DNA of 20,000 nucleotides, taken from NCBI RefSeq assembly GCF_004010195.1, contig NC_057718.1, positions 41,797,617 through 41,817,616 of the forward strand. The letters are read 5' to 3'. Below, piece by piece: positions 19,795-20,000 of the stretch. The stretch comes from Chiloscyllium plagiosum. Its lineage: Eukaryota. Made by a program: the position numbers and the translations under genes. Under the pieces are notes generated by a model. It was not told where the DNA came from and did not search any database. It saw only the letters and a program-made list of their open reading frames with translations. Numbering within the stretch: position 1 is the first letter of the stretch; every line of letters begins with the position of its first letter.

Positions 19795-20000
19795 CCCCTC
19801 TCCGGCCTATCACCCTCACCTTAACCTCCTTCCATCTATCGCATTCCCAACGCCCCTCCCGCAAGTCCCTCCTCCCTACCTTTGATCTTAGCCTGCTTGG
19901 CAAACCCTCCTCATTCATGAAGAAGGGCTTATGCCCGAAACGTCGATTCTCCTGCTCCTTTGATGCTGCCTGACCTGCTGGGCTTTTCCAGCAACACATC
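19795..20000 (+). mobile_element. Penelope-like pLTR fragment (same family as 17534-17794), running off the window
   Basis: Colinear with ~17570-17790. The hammerhead at ~19913-19947 has CUGAAGA mutated to AUGAAGA. Confidence 0.9.

Noticed and set aside
1..20000. CRISPR arrays, operons or other prokaryote-type systems
   Set aside because: No regularly spaced repeat-spacer array and no dense coding. The sequence is vertebrate repeat-rich DNA.

Overview
Vertebrate, AT-rich, repeat-laden non-coding DNA, most likely intronic or intergenic. The repeat content (HE1/V-SINEs, CR1 and L2 LINE 3' ends, several Penelope-like families, Harbinger remnants) suggests a shark genome; this is inferred from recalled repeat consensus features. 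No host gene is recognisable with confidence. Supported features: two HE1-type SINEs (one split by a CR1 insertion with a 6-bp TSD), three CR1 and two L2 fragments, a ~600-bp solo LTR with a 4-bp TSD, a decayed PIF/Harbinger transposase split by a Penelope-like element (PLE), and seven PLE segments. The PLE segments carry eight minimal hammerhead-ribozyme motifs, a few with an intact core. Not explained by these repeats: a ~300-bp, ~90%-identical inverted duplication (5099-5399 / 6554-6852) enclosing a second 42-bp-stem hairpin, two more imperfect hairpins (10296-10393, 11635-11752), and candidate + strand exons, including a 27-nt microexon whose acceptor can be sequestered in a stem. I see no convincing new multi-gene system. 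The best leads are the ribozyme set, the nested dsRNA-forming region and the candidate exons.
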